Shown: in pieces, positions 38,276 to 51,490 of the stretch | Position numbering within the stretch: position 1 is the first letter of the stretch | Layout of the letters: each line of letters opens with the position of its first letter | NCBI GenBank assembly: GCA_951406725.2 | Contig: OX597828.1 | Location: 66,278,001-66,342,000, forward strand | Length of the DNA: 64,000 bases | Direction: 5' to 3' | Source: Octopus vulgaris | Lineage: Eukaryota | Notes under the pieces: model-generated | The model's input: the letters and a program-made list of their open reading frames with translations, nothing else | The model's database searches: none | Told to the model about the DNA's origin: nothing | Made by a program: the position numbers and the translations under genes

Positions 38276-39226
38276 TGCATAGCATAAATCACAATGTATT
38301 TCGTACACATTGTTCTCAGCACAATCACCAGACCTACCACCACCACCACTAACCCCCCCCCCCCCCATCATCATCATCTTTTGATTTAAGATAGTTTCTT
38401 TTTTCTTTCTCTTATGTTTTTAATTGTTGGTTCTGTTTTGCTAATGCATCTTTTGTTTGTTTATTTGAAAGAAATCAATCAATAATAATCTATTGAAGTT
38501 AGAATGAAAATAGAAAACATGATTGGGTGATGTTCATGCCATTCTTAATCATCATCATTTAACGTCCGCTTTCCATGCTAGCATGGGTTGGACGATTTTG
38601 ACTGAGAGCTGGCAAACCAGATGGCTGCACCAGGCTCCAATCTTGATTTGGCAGAGTTTCTACAGCTGGATGCCCTTCCTAACACCAACCACTCTGAGAG
38701 TGTAGTGGGTGCTTTTTACGTGCTACCGGAACAGGGGCCAGTCAGGCGGTACTGGCAATGACCTCGCTCAAATCCTTTTACACATACCACCAGCACAGGT
38801 GCCAGTAAGGCGATTAATTATGTTGAAGGGCAGTGAGCTGGCAGAAACGATAGCACGCCGGGCGAAATGCTTAGTGGTATTTCGTCTGCTGTTACGTTCT
38901 GAGTTCAAATTCTGCCGAGGTCGACTTTGCCTTTCATCCTTTCAGCATCGATAAATTAAGGACCAGTTACGCACTGGGGTCGATGTAATCGACTTAATCC
39001 GTTTGTCTGTCCTTGTTCATCCCCTCTGTGTTTAGCCCCTTGTGAGTAGTAAAGAAATAGGTATTAATGATGTAAATGAAGTGAAATGGTTACCACTAGG
39101 AATAAAAAACAGGGGTTTATTTTCATCTTGCTAATTTTTTGCAATTGCTTACTATACTTATAAATGAACTGTACCTTCATCCTGTTCATGTTTCACCACT
39201 ATTCTGGGGTTCACTTTTGCTTTTAA

Positions 39227-39436
39227 CCATTTAGCACTTAATCTGGCCATATCTGGCCCAAATATTCTATCCATTTTATGTTCAATCTGGCCAGATCTGA
39301 CTTCTCACACTTACCCTATAATGCCATTCTAAAACCAAACAATCACATCATTGAAATCTCAAAGCTTTGGGGGACAATACCTAGTTAATTCAAAACAAGG
39401 TATTACATTTGACAGAATAATCTGAATGTCAAAGGG
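39227..39436. mobile_element. piggyBac-like MITE
   Basis: TTAA-CCATTT ... AAAGGG-TTAA. Confidence 0.6.
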
Positions 39437-40079
39437 TTAACAACAGTGTTTAATCTTCAAGTGTGTATTAATAGAAGTGGGGGATCAAATATGTTAATTT
39501 TATGCCCACTTCTATAGCTTTCCCTCATTAAATTTATACCGTTCCTTGCTAGTGGATTTGGGACTATTTCCTACTTTATTACTACATACAAAATACAGCA
39601 ATTATACATCTGAAATTTTGAATAATTACTATATATAAAATTTTGGACTAACAAGGGCACCATTCGAGTGTGATTGTTACCAACGTCGCTTCACTGGCAC
39701 CTGTGCTGGTCCTCCGGTGGCACGTAGAAAGCACCCACTACACTCAGGAAGTGGTTGGCGTTAGGAAGGGCATCCAGCTGTGGAAACTCTGCCAGATCAA
39801 GATTGGAGCCTGGTGCAGCCATCTGGTTCGCCAGCCCTCAGTCAAAATTGTCCAACCCATGCTAGCATGGAAAGCGGATGTTAAATGATGATGATGATGA
39901 TCAACTCAATCATTGAAATATGCTGCAATCCTCAAAAAACAATCCTTTCCAAATTCCAAGAAGCCATAGAGCCAGAGCTAAACTCCAATTTCTGTAACAT
40001 TTACCTTATGAAATATAAGATGCTAAGTGGCTTTTTCCATTGAAGAATCGAACTCAAAATTGCAAGTTACAGAAACACT

Positions 40080-40476
40080 TTTTTTTTACTTGTTTCAGTC
40101 ATTTGACTGCGGCCATGCTGGAGCACCGCCTTTAGTCCAAACCCCAGGACTTATTCTTTGTAAGCCTAGTACTTATTCTATCGGTCTCTTTTGCTGAACC
40201 GCTAAGTTACAGGGATGTAAACACACCAGCATCGGTTGTCAAGCGATGTTGGGCGGACAAACACAGACACACAAACATACACACATACATATATATATAC
40301 ATACATATATACGACAGGCTTCTTTCAGTTTCCGTCTACCAAATCCACTCACAAGGCTTTGGTTGGCCCAAGGCTATAGTAGAAGACACTTGCCCAAGGT
40401 GCCACGCAGTAGGACTGAACCCGGAACCATGTAGTTGGTAAGCAAGCTGCTTACCACACAGCCACTCCTACGCCTA
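40080..40476 (-). mobile_element. tRNA-derived SINE family 4 (CORE-like CACCTTGGGCAAGTGTCTT, internal microsatellite)
   Basis: Head TGGCTGTGTGGTAAG..GGTTCAGTCC, tail GACTGAAACAAGTAAAA. Copies at about 29440-29585, 45186-45345, 46085-46300, 47270-47630, 48060-48555, 57860-58570, 59668-60040 and 62520-62890. Confidence 0.88.
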
Positions 40477-41124
40477 TACTTAGCAATACCACATTGTTTA
40501 CTATCCTTTACTTCAGATAAACCAATAAAGCACACCAACTTTCAGTGTCTAGAGCTTGGAGGACAGGGCTGCTGAGAGTTCTGTGTCTTGGCAACAAGCA
40601 CCGTGTAGAATGGTGACAAAATACGAACCATTGATTATTAGGCTGGTAATCTTTGTTTCAGCCGTTAACTCTCTTATTAATTACTAAACATCATTTTCAA
40701 ATGATTCTTTCAGCTAAAATGTCAATGAAGAATTAGGTGAAGACTACAGATATCTAATTAGGTTGCTTCCTAGCTCTACTTGTTCAAAGGCAACATTTGT
40801 GGGCTTCTGTCAGATCGCAGTTTCATGAGTTCAAACTTTATGAACTTAGGGTCAGCATATAAATCACCCTTTGTGTTTAACTTCAAAGAATTACTTTGAA
40901 ATGGTTCTCAATATTTCCACTCCAGTTATTCTGCTATCAAAAGTTCCTTGCAACAGAACAACTTGTAAACTTGTAACCTAAATTATTTTTGACTTCTTGT
41001 CCCTGTGATTAAAAGCTAACTTCATTAAATGTTGTAATGTAATAAAAACAATGAATACACATCAAACACACCTAACATATAATAATAATAATAATAATAA
41101 TGATGATGATAATAATAGTAATTA

Positions 41125-41334
41125 ATTCTCGTTTATTGGCCACAAGGGCTAACAAAAATCAAATAAAACATGTAAGGACAAAATACAGGACGAAAAAGGG
41201 TTTGTCTATTTGAAAAGTCTGTGTAAAAATGTAAGATAACAACAAAAATATAACAAGTAAAAACTCCCAATAGGGGGAGGCGCTTCGAAAGGTTACTCGT
41301 GGAAAAATCCATAAAATCCATGGGAGCCTGGTCA
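41125..41334 (-). mobile_element. Probable LINE 3'UTR fragment sharing its tail with SINE family 1
   Basis: Ends TTAGCCCTTGTGGCCAATAAACG plus (ATT)n, versus the SINE tail TTAGCCCCTTGTGGGYAATAAAG. Confidence 0.5.
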
Positions 41335-43682
41335 ATCATCATCATCATCATCATCGTCATCGTCGTTTAGCGTCCGTTTTCCATGCTAGCATGGGTTGGA
41401 CGGTTCTACTGGGGTCTGTGAAGCCAGAAGGCTTCATCAGGCCCAGTCAAATCTGGCGGTGTTTCTACGGCTGGATGCCCTTCCTAACGCCAACCACTCC
41501 GTGAGTGTAGTGGGTGCTTTTTACGTGCCACCCGCACAGGTGCCAGACAGAGCTGGCAAACGGCCACGAACGGATGGTGCATTTTATGTGCCACCGGCAC
41601 AAGGGCCAGGCGAGGCTAGCAACGGACACGAAACGGGGCGGTGCTGGCAACGGTCGCGAAACGGAAGGTTCTCTTACATGCCACCGGCACTGGTAACACA
41701 TCTGCAATTTCCATTGATCGATTTCCATTCTGATCCTCACTTGCCTCAACGGGTCTTCACAAGTAGAGTTTCGACATGCCACCGGCACTGGTAACACATC
41801 TGCAATTTCCATTGATTGATTTCGATTCTGATCCTCACTTGCCTCAACAGGTCTTCACAAGTAGAGTTTTGTGTCCCAAGAAGGGAAGGTATGCATACGT
41901 AGGCTGGCTCCATCCCAAGTAGAAGGCCACGGGTTATGGACTCACTTGTCCTGCTGGGTCTTCTCGCGCACAGCATACTTCCAGAGGACTCGGTCTCTAG
42001 TCATTTCCTCAGTGAGACCTAAAGTTCGAAGGTCGTGCTTCACCACCTCGTCCCAGGTTTTCCTGGGTCTGCCTCTTCCACAGGTTCCCTCAACCGCTAG
42101 GGTGTGGCACTTTTTCACACAACTATCTTCATCCATTCTCGCCACATGACCATACCAGCGCAATCGTCTCTCTTGCACACCACAACTGATGCTTCTTAGG
42201 TCCAGCTTTTCTCTCAAGGTACTTACACTCTGTCGATTATGAACACTGACATTACACATCCATCGGAGCATACTGGCTTCATTTCTTGCGAGCTTACTCA
42301 TATCCTCAGCAGTCACGGCCCATGTTTCACTGCCATGTAGCATGGCTGTTCGTACACACGCATCATACAGTCTGCCTTTCACTCTGTGCGAGAGGCCTTT
42401 TGTCACCAGCAGAGGTAAGAGCTCTCTGAACTTTGCCCAAGCTATTCTTACTCTAGCAGTTACACTTTCAGCACACCCACCCCCGCTGCTGACTTGGTCA
42501 CCTAGGTAACGGAAACTATCAACTATTTCTAGTTTTTCTCCCTGGAAAGTGACGGAAGTTGGTCTCAGAGCATTTTCAGTGTTTATTGTTCCTGAGCATC
42601 TGCCACATACAAAAACCATCTTCCTAGTTAGCCTTCCTTTGACATTGCTGCACCTCTTATGTGTCCATAGCTTACACTTGGTGCATCTTATAGAGTTTCT
42701 ACCTACACCTTTTCTACAGATCGAGCAGGGCCATCTACCTGAAGGCGTTTGTGATTTGTCTACCTTCCTACTGATTACGACTTTGGTTTTAGCTAGATTG
42801 ACTCTGAGGCCCTTCGATTCTAATCCTTGTTTCCACACCTGAAACTTCTCCTCCAGTTCTGATAGCGACTCAGCAATTAGAGCAAGGTCATCAGCATAGA
42901 GGAGCTCCCAAGGGCATCCTGTCTTGAATTCCTCCGTTATTGCCTGGAGGACTATGATAAATAGGAGGGGGCTGAGTACTGAGCCTTGGTGGACCCCTAC
43001 CTCTACCCGGAATTCTTCACTGTACTCGTTTCCAACCCTCACCCTACTAGCAGCGTCCCTATACATGGCCCGCACAGCTCTCACTAACCATTCATCTATC
43101 CCTAGTTTTCTCATTGACCACCAGATAAGGGATCGGGGGACCCTGTCGAAGGCTTTCTCCATGTCAACAAAAGCCAGGTACAGGGGCTTATCTTTGGCTA
43201 GGTATTTCTCCTGCAGCTGCCTTACCAGGAATATAGCATCAGTAGTACTTTTCCCTGGCACAAACCCAAACTGCATCTCATCTAAACTAACTCTCTCTCT
43301 AATTAGTTGGGCTATGACCCTCTCCGTAACCTTCATCACCTGATCCAACAGCTTGATACCTCTGTAGTTATTTGTATCTAGGGCGTCACCTTTACCTTTG
43401 TAGCAGTTGACTATTATGCTGCTACACCAGTCATTGGGTATGACTCCTTTGTGTATCACCTGATTAACTATATGGGTGACTAGGCTATAGCCGACACTAC
43501 CAGACATTTTGAGCATCTCTGCAGTGATTCCTGATGGGCCTGGGGCTTTTCCTGTCTTCATGCCTTAGCTACCACGGAACTATCAACTCGGATAGCTGGT
43601 CCCTCTGTTGGGTCAACATTCGGCAGACTCTCTTTATCCCATTCATTTTCATTATTCAGCAAACTTTCATAGTGGCATCTCC

Positions 43683-43683
<1 letters not shown>
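41335..43683 (-). mobile_element. 5'-truncated RTE-clade LINE, young
   Basis: RT ORF 41942-43561 plus an upstream frameshifted piece (HYESLLNNENEWDKESLP). About 600 bp 3'UTR with internal repeats and a (GAT)n tail. Confidence 0.95.
41942..43561 (-). CDS. RTE reverse transcriptase (partial ORF, no endonuclease) with an inserted PHD-like Zn finger
   Basis: KAPGP, NYRGIKLL, QFGF, FVDMEKAFDRV, GVHQGSVLSPLLF, YADD, FRYLG, RLRWYGHV and GRGRPRKTW motifs; 539 codons without a stop. Confidence 0.95.
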   Translation of the reverse strand: MKTGKAPGPSGITAEMLKMSGSVGYSLVTHIVNQVIHKGVIPNDWCSSIIVNCYKGKGDALDTNNYRGIKLLDQVMKVTERVIAQLIRERVSLDEMQFGFVPGKSTTDAIFLVRQLQEKYLAKDKPLYLAFVDMEKAFDRVPRSLIWWSMRKLGIDEWLVRAVRAMYRDAASRVRVGNEYSEEFRVEVGVHQGSVLSPLLFIIVLQAITEEFKTGCPWELLYADDLALIAESLSELEEKFQVWKQGLESKGLRVNLAKTKVVISRKVDKSQTPSGRWPCSICRKGVGRNSIRCTKCKLWTHKRCSNVKGRLTRKMVFVCGRCSGTINTENALRPTSVTFQGEKLEIVDSFRYLGDQVSSGGGCAESVTARVRIAWAKFRELLPLLVTKGLSHRVKGRLYDACVRTAMLHGSETWAVTAEDMSKLARNEASMLRWMCNVSVHNRQSVSTLREKLDLRSISCGVQERRLRWYGHVARMDEDSCVKKCHTLAVEGTCGRGRPRKTWDEVVKHDLRTLGLTEEMTRDRVLWKYAVREKTQQDK

Positions 43684-43715
<32 letters not shown>

Positions 43716-44284
43716 AATAATAATTTTTTTTTTGCCTTTCATCCTTATAGGGTCGATAAATTAAGTATCAGTTACACACTGGAGTCGATGTAATCGACTT
43801 AATCCGTTTGTCTGTCCTTGTTTGTCCACTCTGTTTTTAGCCCCTTGTGGGTAGTAAAGAAAAAACAAATAATAATAATAATTTTGTTATCAAGCTTGGC
43901 TTGTTATAATCATTGTTTAATGTCCATTTTCCATTCTGGCATGGGTGGGACAGTTTGACAGGAGCTGACCAGGTGGGGAGCTATACAGCCTCCAATTGTC
44001 TGTAGTGGCATGGTTTCTATGGCTGGATGCCCTTCCAGAATATCAGCCACTTTACAAAGTGTGCTGAGTGCTTTTTACATGCCCCCAGCATGGGTACATT
44101 TATGCTGCCCCAAGTGCATGTTATGTGGCACCGGCACCTGCAATGGACAAAGCCTGTATGTATGGAAGACAGCGATTTTACATAGCTTGACATGTCATTT
44201 CAAGTACAGCAAATTTCCACAACTCCCAGTCCCCTGTCATTTAATCCTTATGAGAGCTCAAAATCTCTTGTAGAAGCGTCATCC

Positions 44285-44583
44285 AACCAAAGTACAAATA
44301 TATGGGAAACTACCACCTGTACCATCTCTTGTGAAAGGTAGAAGAGTCCAGTTTGCTGGACATTGTTGTAGAGCTGAAAACGAGGTAATTTCTACTCTTC
44401 TCCTCTGGAAGCCATCTGCTTGTGATACCAGAGGGCGCACACTCTCCTACCCTGATGTAATCTCCAGGGATACAGGCATCCAGCAACAGGACCTCCATAA
44501 TGCTATGATGGACCGTGAAGTCTGGCCTAACATAGTAAATTCCATTGTCTCGACCACAGTGGAATAATGATGATGATGATGAA
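44285..44583 (+). mobile_element. 3' end of a second RTE-like LINE family (second copy 48710-49110, minus)
   Basis: RRVQFAGHCCRAENE..LLLWKP..AMMDREVW plus (GAT)n. The second copy also shows TDFADDIAL. Confidence 0.8.
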
Positions 44584-44589
44584 GATCCT

Positions 44590-44945
44590 TTCTCACCACT
44601 TCGTCCTACATCTTCCTGGGCCTACCCCTTCCACAGGTTCCCCTTCCACAGGTTCCACAGCTTGGCACTTCTTTATGCAGCTGTCCTCATCCATATGCAT
44701 CACTTGACCAAACCAGCGCAGCCTTCTCTCTTGCACACAACATCTGATGATGCCTCTTGTATCCAATTTTCCTCTTAAATTATTTACACTCTGTCGTGTG
44801 TGCACACACTGATATTACCTCTATCCAGCAGAGCATGCTAGCTTTATTTCTTTCATGCCTTTGCAAGTCTTTTGTAGTCAAAGTTCATGTTTCATTACTA
44901 TGTAGCATAGATGTATGTATACAGGTATCATACAATCTGCCTTTC
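44590..44945 (-). mobile_element. Older RTE C-terminal fragment
   Basis: VQERRLRWFGQVMHMDEDSCIKKC, homologous to the 42 kb ORF end. Confidence 0.8.
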
Positions 44946-46071
44946 AAGAAGAAGAAAAAGAAGAAGAACAACAACAAGAACTACAACAGCAATAATGGTT
45001 TCAAATTTTGGCACAAGGCCAGCAATTTTAGGGGAGGGGGCTAGTCAATTGCATCAACTCCAATGTTCAACTGGTATTTATTTTGTCAACCTCAAAAGAT
45101 GAGAAGCAAAATCAAAGTCAGTGGAATTGGAACTCACAATGTAAAGCTGGAAGCATCCAGTGCGCTAATGATTCTGCCAGCTTGCAGGCATGGCTATGTG
45201 GTAAGAAGTTTTCTTTCCAACCACATGGTTCTGGGTTCTGTCACACTGCACAGAACCTTGGGCAAATGTCTTCAACTAGAGCTTCAGGACAACCAAAGCG
45301 TTGTGAGTGGATTTGGTAGCCAGAAACTGAAAGAAGCCTATCATATCATCATTGTCATCATCATCATCATGATTTAACACCTGTTCTCCATGCTAGCATG
45401 GGTTGGATGGTTTGACAAGAGCTGGCAAGCCAGAGCACTGCACCAAGCTCTATTTTCTGTTTTGACATGGTTGCCATGGCTGGATGCCCTTCCTAATGCC
45501 AAACACTTTACGGAGTTTGCTGTGTGCTTTTTTCATGGCACCAGCACTGATGGGGTCACCAAGTAACTTACAAGACAAGACAAAGTCCCCTCGACAGATG
45601 GGGAGTAGTATTGAGGGAGTATTTGTGTCAGTTGACGAGAGGTTAAAGGAATAATAGAGGGTTTGAGATAGGTGTCTTACTGTAGAGGAAATACAAGGAT
45701 ACGCCAATTGGAGAAGAAAAGAGACAAGGAGACTTAAAGAGAAAGATAGAGAGGGAGTGAGTGGGAGAAATGGTGGTGGATATATGTCAGGACATGGGCG
45801 GCGAGCTGGCAGAAATGTTAGCACACCGGGCGAAATGCTTAGCAGTATTTCGTCTGTCATTATGTTCTGAGTTCAAATTCCGCCGAGGTCAACTTTGCCT
45901 TTCATCTTTTCGGGGTCGATAAATAAAGTACCAGTTTCGCACTTGGGTTGATGTAATCGACTTAATCCCTTTGTCTGTCCTTGTTTGTCTCCTCTATGTT
46001 TAGCCCCTTGTGGGCAGTAATGAAATATATATATGTCAGGACATACCCTCAAGGCACAGTTAGAGGGGGAG

Positions 46072-46106
<35 letters not shown>

Positions 46107-46423
46107 CTTTGTGTTTGTGGTTGTCACCCACCACTACTTGACAACTGGTGTTTGTTTATGTCCCTGTAATGTAGTAGTTTGATAAAAAGACTGATAGATT
46201 AAGGACTTTAAAAGAAGTACTGGTGTCGATTTGTTCTATTGAACTGTGGTCCCAGCATGGCTGTACTCTAATGACTGAAACAAGTAAAAAAAAATGATAA
46301 AAGAGTAAAGCAAGATAGCTATGGGTGGACTGGATTTGATCGGGTATCTGGTTGATCGAGATTGATCTGGAGCTTAAAAACACAACAGTATCAGTAGCAA
46401 CACCAACAACAGTAACGATGACG

Positions 46424-46456
<33 letters not shown>

Positions 46457-48241
46457 ACAACAACAACAACAACAGCAATACCAACAACAGCAGCAGGCAA
46501 CAGATAAACACTTTGAGACTGGATTATTTTAGATGACACTAATTGTTTCCAGCAGTCAGTGACCCCTAGTAAATACATCCTCCATGTTTAGGAGTAGAAT
46601 TCAAACAATCTTTTGCGGAATTATACAGCTTCTTTGAAGTCCTTTCTGATTAAATAGGGAACTTTACTACTATTCCATGCAGATATTAAAACGAGATGTG
46701 CACAGACACAGCAGTATTCTTTTCAGTTAGTTCCATTGTCTTTCTTTAATGGATATCTCTTTGCTCTTCCTTTTTAAGCTATCTGCTTAGTGTTTATTAT
46801 AGCTGCAGGCAATTCAATCGGCAGCTTTAATAGATTGAATAAGATGTTTACCTGAAGTATTCTGAGTTAGATCTATAGAGAACATCCAGATATTAGATCT
46901 ACTTCTAACTATATTAAATGTCGAACTGGCTGATATGAGACTTTACTAAAAATTGCCATTTCTTTGATGATTAAAAACACAAGTTTATTCTTAAAATTTA
47001 CAAGATACAAGCATAGTTGTTTGGTTAAAAAGTTTGCTTTGCAGCCATGTGATTCTGAGTTCACGACCATCCCTATTTTATTCAGAAAAGTAATGGCAGT
47101 CATTTAGTTACAAATTGACTTCATTTTCCAACAGACATTAGTTGCTGCATAAATGTATATTGTTATTGGATAAAATAAAAAAAAAAGACTGCCGAACAAC
47201 AAAATCTGTGCTTTTATCTGAGAGACATACGAGTCATAATTACAAAAATCTAAGTATTTTTACTTACCTTTTATCTTTTACTTGTTTCAGTCATTAGACA
47301 GCAGCCATGCTGGGGCTCCACTCTGAAGAATTTTTACTTGAATGAATTTCCAGCAATCTCTTTTGCAGAAATGCTAAATTATGGGGACATAAACAAACCT
47401 GTACTAGTTGTCAAACGGTGGTAGGGGACGAACCCCGATACAAAGACATCCAAGCATAAATGTATATGTATGACAGTCTTCTTTCAGTTCCCGTCTACCA
47501 AATCCACTCACAAGGCTTTGGTTGGCCCAAGACTATAGTAGAAGACACTTGCCCATGGTGCCACACAGTAGGACTGAACCCAGAACCATGTGGTTGGGAA
47601 GCAAGCTTCTCACCACACAGCTATGCCTTTACCTTTGTATATTGTTTAAGTATTTTTCTTCCCTTTTATGTATGTTTATGTCAGCATTCACCGGTCCTTA
47701 ATCTTAAGTGCATAAATGTGTCAACATAGATAGGACCCTAATATTTTCTGTTTGTTTACTTTGTGAAAATTGTAAATTCACTTCTTTATTATTGAAATCC
47801 ACAAACATTTGATATTTCCTTAATTTCAATTTTCTTAGGTCATTATTTTGTTTCGCTGTCAATAATTTCAGCAAAATCTCCTTCAAATCACATCCTATTA
47901 CATTTTTAAAAAGTGATGTTATACCGGATAAGTAGGACATATTTGTTCTATTTGTTTATATAAAAAGAGGGATGGTTATGGGGCAATTTTCTTTAATTAT
48001 AAGTCAGCTCAGTAAATGTTGGAGATAAAAATACCATTATGTTAACATGTGTATGTATATGTGAGTGGGTTTGATAGACATAAACTGAAAGAAGTCCATT
48101 GTGTGTGTGTGTGTGTGTGTATTGATATCTTTGTGTGTGTGTGTTAGTTTCCTACAGCCACTTGACAACTGGTGTTGACTTGTTTATATCCTAACTTAGT
48201 GGTTTGGCAAAAGAGACCAATAGAATAAGTACCAGGCTTAA

Positions 48242-48463
48242 CCCTTTTGATACCAACCCGGCTGAAACCAGCTCTGGCTCTTTAGTATAAATGTCTTGTT
48301 TCCATAAGTTTTGAATTCAAATCTTCCACCAAACCTTAGTCACAATTTATGTTCCTAACGCTAGCTTAATTATAACGATGTTATTTTATTAAATTCTTTG
48401 TTATATTGAAAGTAATTTGAAGAAACACAGAGCATCTCAAAATAAATACAGTTAACAAAAGGG
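48242..48463. mobile_element. piggyBac-like MITE nested in SINE family 4
   Basis: TTAA-CCCTTTTG ... CAAAAGGG-TTAA. Confidence 0.8.
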
Positions 48464-49659
48464 TTAAACGTAAGTATTGGAGTCGATTTCTTCAACTAAA
48501 TCTTTCAAGGTGATGCCCCAGTATGGCCACAATCTAGTGACTGAAACAAGTAAATGATTGTGAAGATTGGACAGAGACTTGGAAAAAAGATTGTATAAGA
48601 TTGTTTAGACACTCATGGAAAATGATTCTCCATCAGTTTCTCTAACCTCAGTTTCCCTGTCCCCACATGTAGGTTATTAAGTACACTGGGGACCTGATAA
48701 ATAAAGCTGTCATCATCATCATCATTGTTCGACTGTGGTCGAGACAGTGGAATTTACTATGTTACGCCAGACTTCACGGTCCATCATAGCATTACGGAGG
48801 TCCTGTCATTGGATACCTGTATCCCTGGAGATTACATCAGGATAGGAGAGTGTGTGCCCTCTGGTATCGCAAGCAGATGGCTTCCAGAGAAGAGTAGAAA
48901 TTACCTTGTTTTCAGCTCCACAACAATGTCCAGCAAACTGGACTCTTCTACCTTTCACAACAGATGATACAAGGTGTTCAAGAGATTGTAAAAGAGACTG
49001 GGCATTGGAGAGAGAATCACTGATAAGAGCGATGTCATCAGCAAAGTCAGTGTCTGTTAAGTGTTCAGCTGGGTGTCTGGAACTTCTTCTAGGTTTTATT
49101 TCAAAGCTGTTAATGTTAGGAGTAACATCTCATCAGAATTAATTATTTGCTACAAAACAATAAATTATTACACCAACTGTATAAATAGAACTGAAACCTT
49201 GTATGTGTAATATCAAGTACTTGTTACTTAACTATTACCAAGTAATCCTACCCCAAATTGCAGTAATGACATAGTCAAGTTATTAATTTCAAATCTGCTT
49301 GTATCAATGTTGGTCTCATGAAAGATAAGTCTGGTATGATAGTCAAGATTTTAGAAAGGTGCGTAATGCAGGCTGATACTTTAAAGGTAAGAAACACAGG
49401 CGGTGAGCTGGCAGAAACGCTAGCACGCTGGGTGAAATGCTTAGCGGTATTTTGTCTGCCGTTACGTTCTGAGTTCAAATTCCGCTGAGGTCGACTTTGC
49501 CTTTCATCCTTTCGGGGTCGATAAATTAAGCCCCAGTTATGCACTGGGGTCGATGTAATCGACTTAATAACTATGTCTGTCCTTGTTTGTCCCCTCTATG
49601 TTTAGCCCTTTGTGGGTAATAAAGAAATAGGTAAGAAACACATTCATTTACAGAAGTAA

Positions 49660-51033
49660 GAATGGTGCAGACAAGAAATGGAGAGAGATCTAGAGTTCCA
49701 TACCACAAGAGGGTGCTAGAGTTCTATGACAGAAGTTATGTAATCATTTGCAACACAAACACTGGAAGGTTAGCAGCCATCCAACTGCTGATCTACCTGG
49801 TGAGAGGGTATTAGGTTCATTTTGTTGTTACTGTAAAACAAGACAAGTAGGTAACTCTGAAAACTAAATTCCTCCTCCATAACAAGCAAGTAACTATTGT
49901 TATAGGAGATTGGTGAATGACTTTAGATTGAGGATCAGACAAATTTGAATGGAGAAGTAAGAGATGAAAGTTTGGAAGTTGAAAGATTTCTCAAGGTGAG
50001 AAGAGAGAGGAGATAAAGAAGCATTAGTTGAGGGAGAAGCAGGTATTCTAGAGGTTCTTATGAGCATATTCACAGTAAGCCACTTAGTTGTGAGTCAGAC
50101 AGTACCTCAGGCAAGAAACAGGTGACATAGTTGTGGAAAAGAACAGAGGATAGACCTGTAAGATAAGATAAACCTACAAGGAGTGTCAAAAGGACAGGCA
50201 AGGGTTAAGAAGTAAGACTCAATTATAAGACTTAATTAGCAAAGAGGAAAGATGAGAGTTGAAGATTTGCTAATATTCTGTACTGTATTGATGAAAGTGT
50301 TTTAAAGTTCAAGTCATTGCCTTCATATTGTTCTTATTATGTTAAACTGTCGTATGTCCAAATTTGGCCAAATGCATTTTTTTCAATATTATTTTTGCTT
50401 GCAATAGCCAGTTCTTTTGGTCAAACTATCGTATCTCCAGTTGCTTCAAATGCCAAAGTATCAAAAATCGTCAAAGTATAGTACAAGAATTTTGCTATGG
50501 AATGGTGAAACTATTTTTTGCATTTTCTGAAAAAAGCAAAATTTAGGACTTATGACATTTTTGCATAATAGCGATGAATTATTAACCAGGATGTTACTGG
50601 GGACAAGTGCGTTTGAATTAGAATGGCATGTGAACCAGGATGTCATGGCAATAAATATATCTGAACAACCAGGATATCAGTGACACAAGGACACTTATTG
50701 CTGTGAATAGAATAAAATGTAGAAATGTACTATGAAAGGTTGTTAAAAATGAAATACGAGTGTAATTCTTTCTTATTGCCATCACCATTCTTATACATGG
50801 ATACATATAAACATGCATACATACACACATACATGTACACACACTAGCATAACTAGGGGAGGGCGGTAGGGGCGGTTCACCTTGGGTGGCACTTCTGGGT
50901 CTGCTGTAGGCAATATGTGGGTTTTTTTGTGGGGTCTGGGGGTGGAAAATGAAAGGGCTGCCCTGGGTGGCACACACTCTAGCTACGCTAGTGTGTACAT
51001 AGGTGCATACATATATACATACACACATACATG

Positions 51034-51075
<42 letters not shown>

Positions 51076-51429
51076 TACATACATACTCATACTCAGACAT
51101 ACATACATACTAAAAACATATTCTACTGAAGAAGAATATTTGGGCCAGATATAATCAGTTTAAATGCTATAAGGGTTAAAGGTTATTTTCAAGTCTCTGT
51201 TGTGAAATCAATGTAGGTTTGGTGTAAGGTGCCAAGATTACTGGTAAATGATGTTTGGTTACAGAAGGATATGTAAAAATGGTGGATGGTGTCTTTTGTG
51301 CAAGAGTGGGCATTGTCAGATGTGCTGGCTAGCAGCAGGTGATTGAGATAAAGAAGTAAGAGCGTGGGTAACAAAACTGAACCTTGGAGCATACTTGAGT
51401 TGATAAAGTGTGGAAGAGTAAGAGAGAGA

Positions 51430-51490
<61 letters not shown>

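Noticed and set aside
40540-40810. Frame whose TAG/TAA stops read plausibly as Gln (alternative genetic code idea)
   Set aside because: Neighbouring frames also contain TGA stops and frameshifts; ordinary decay or chance is more parsimonious.
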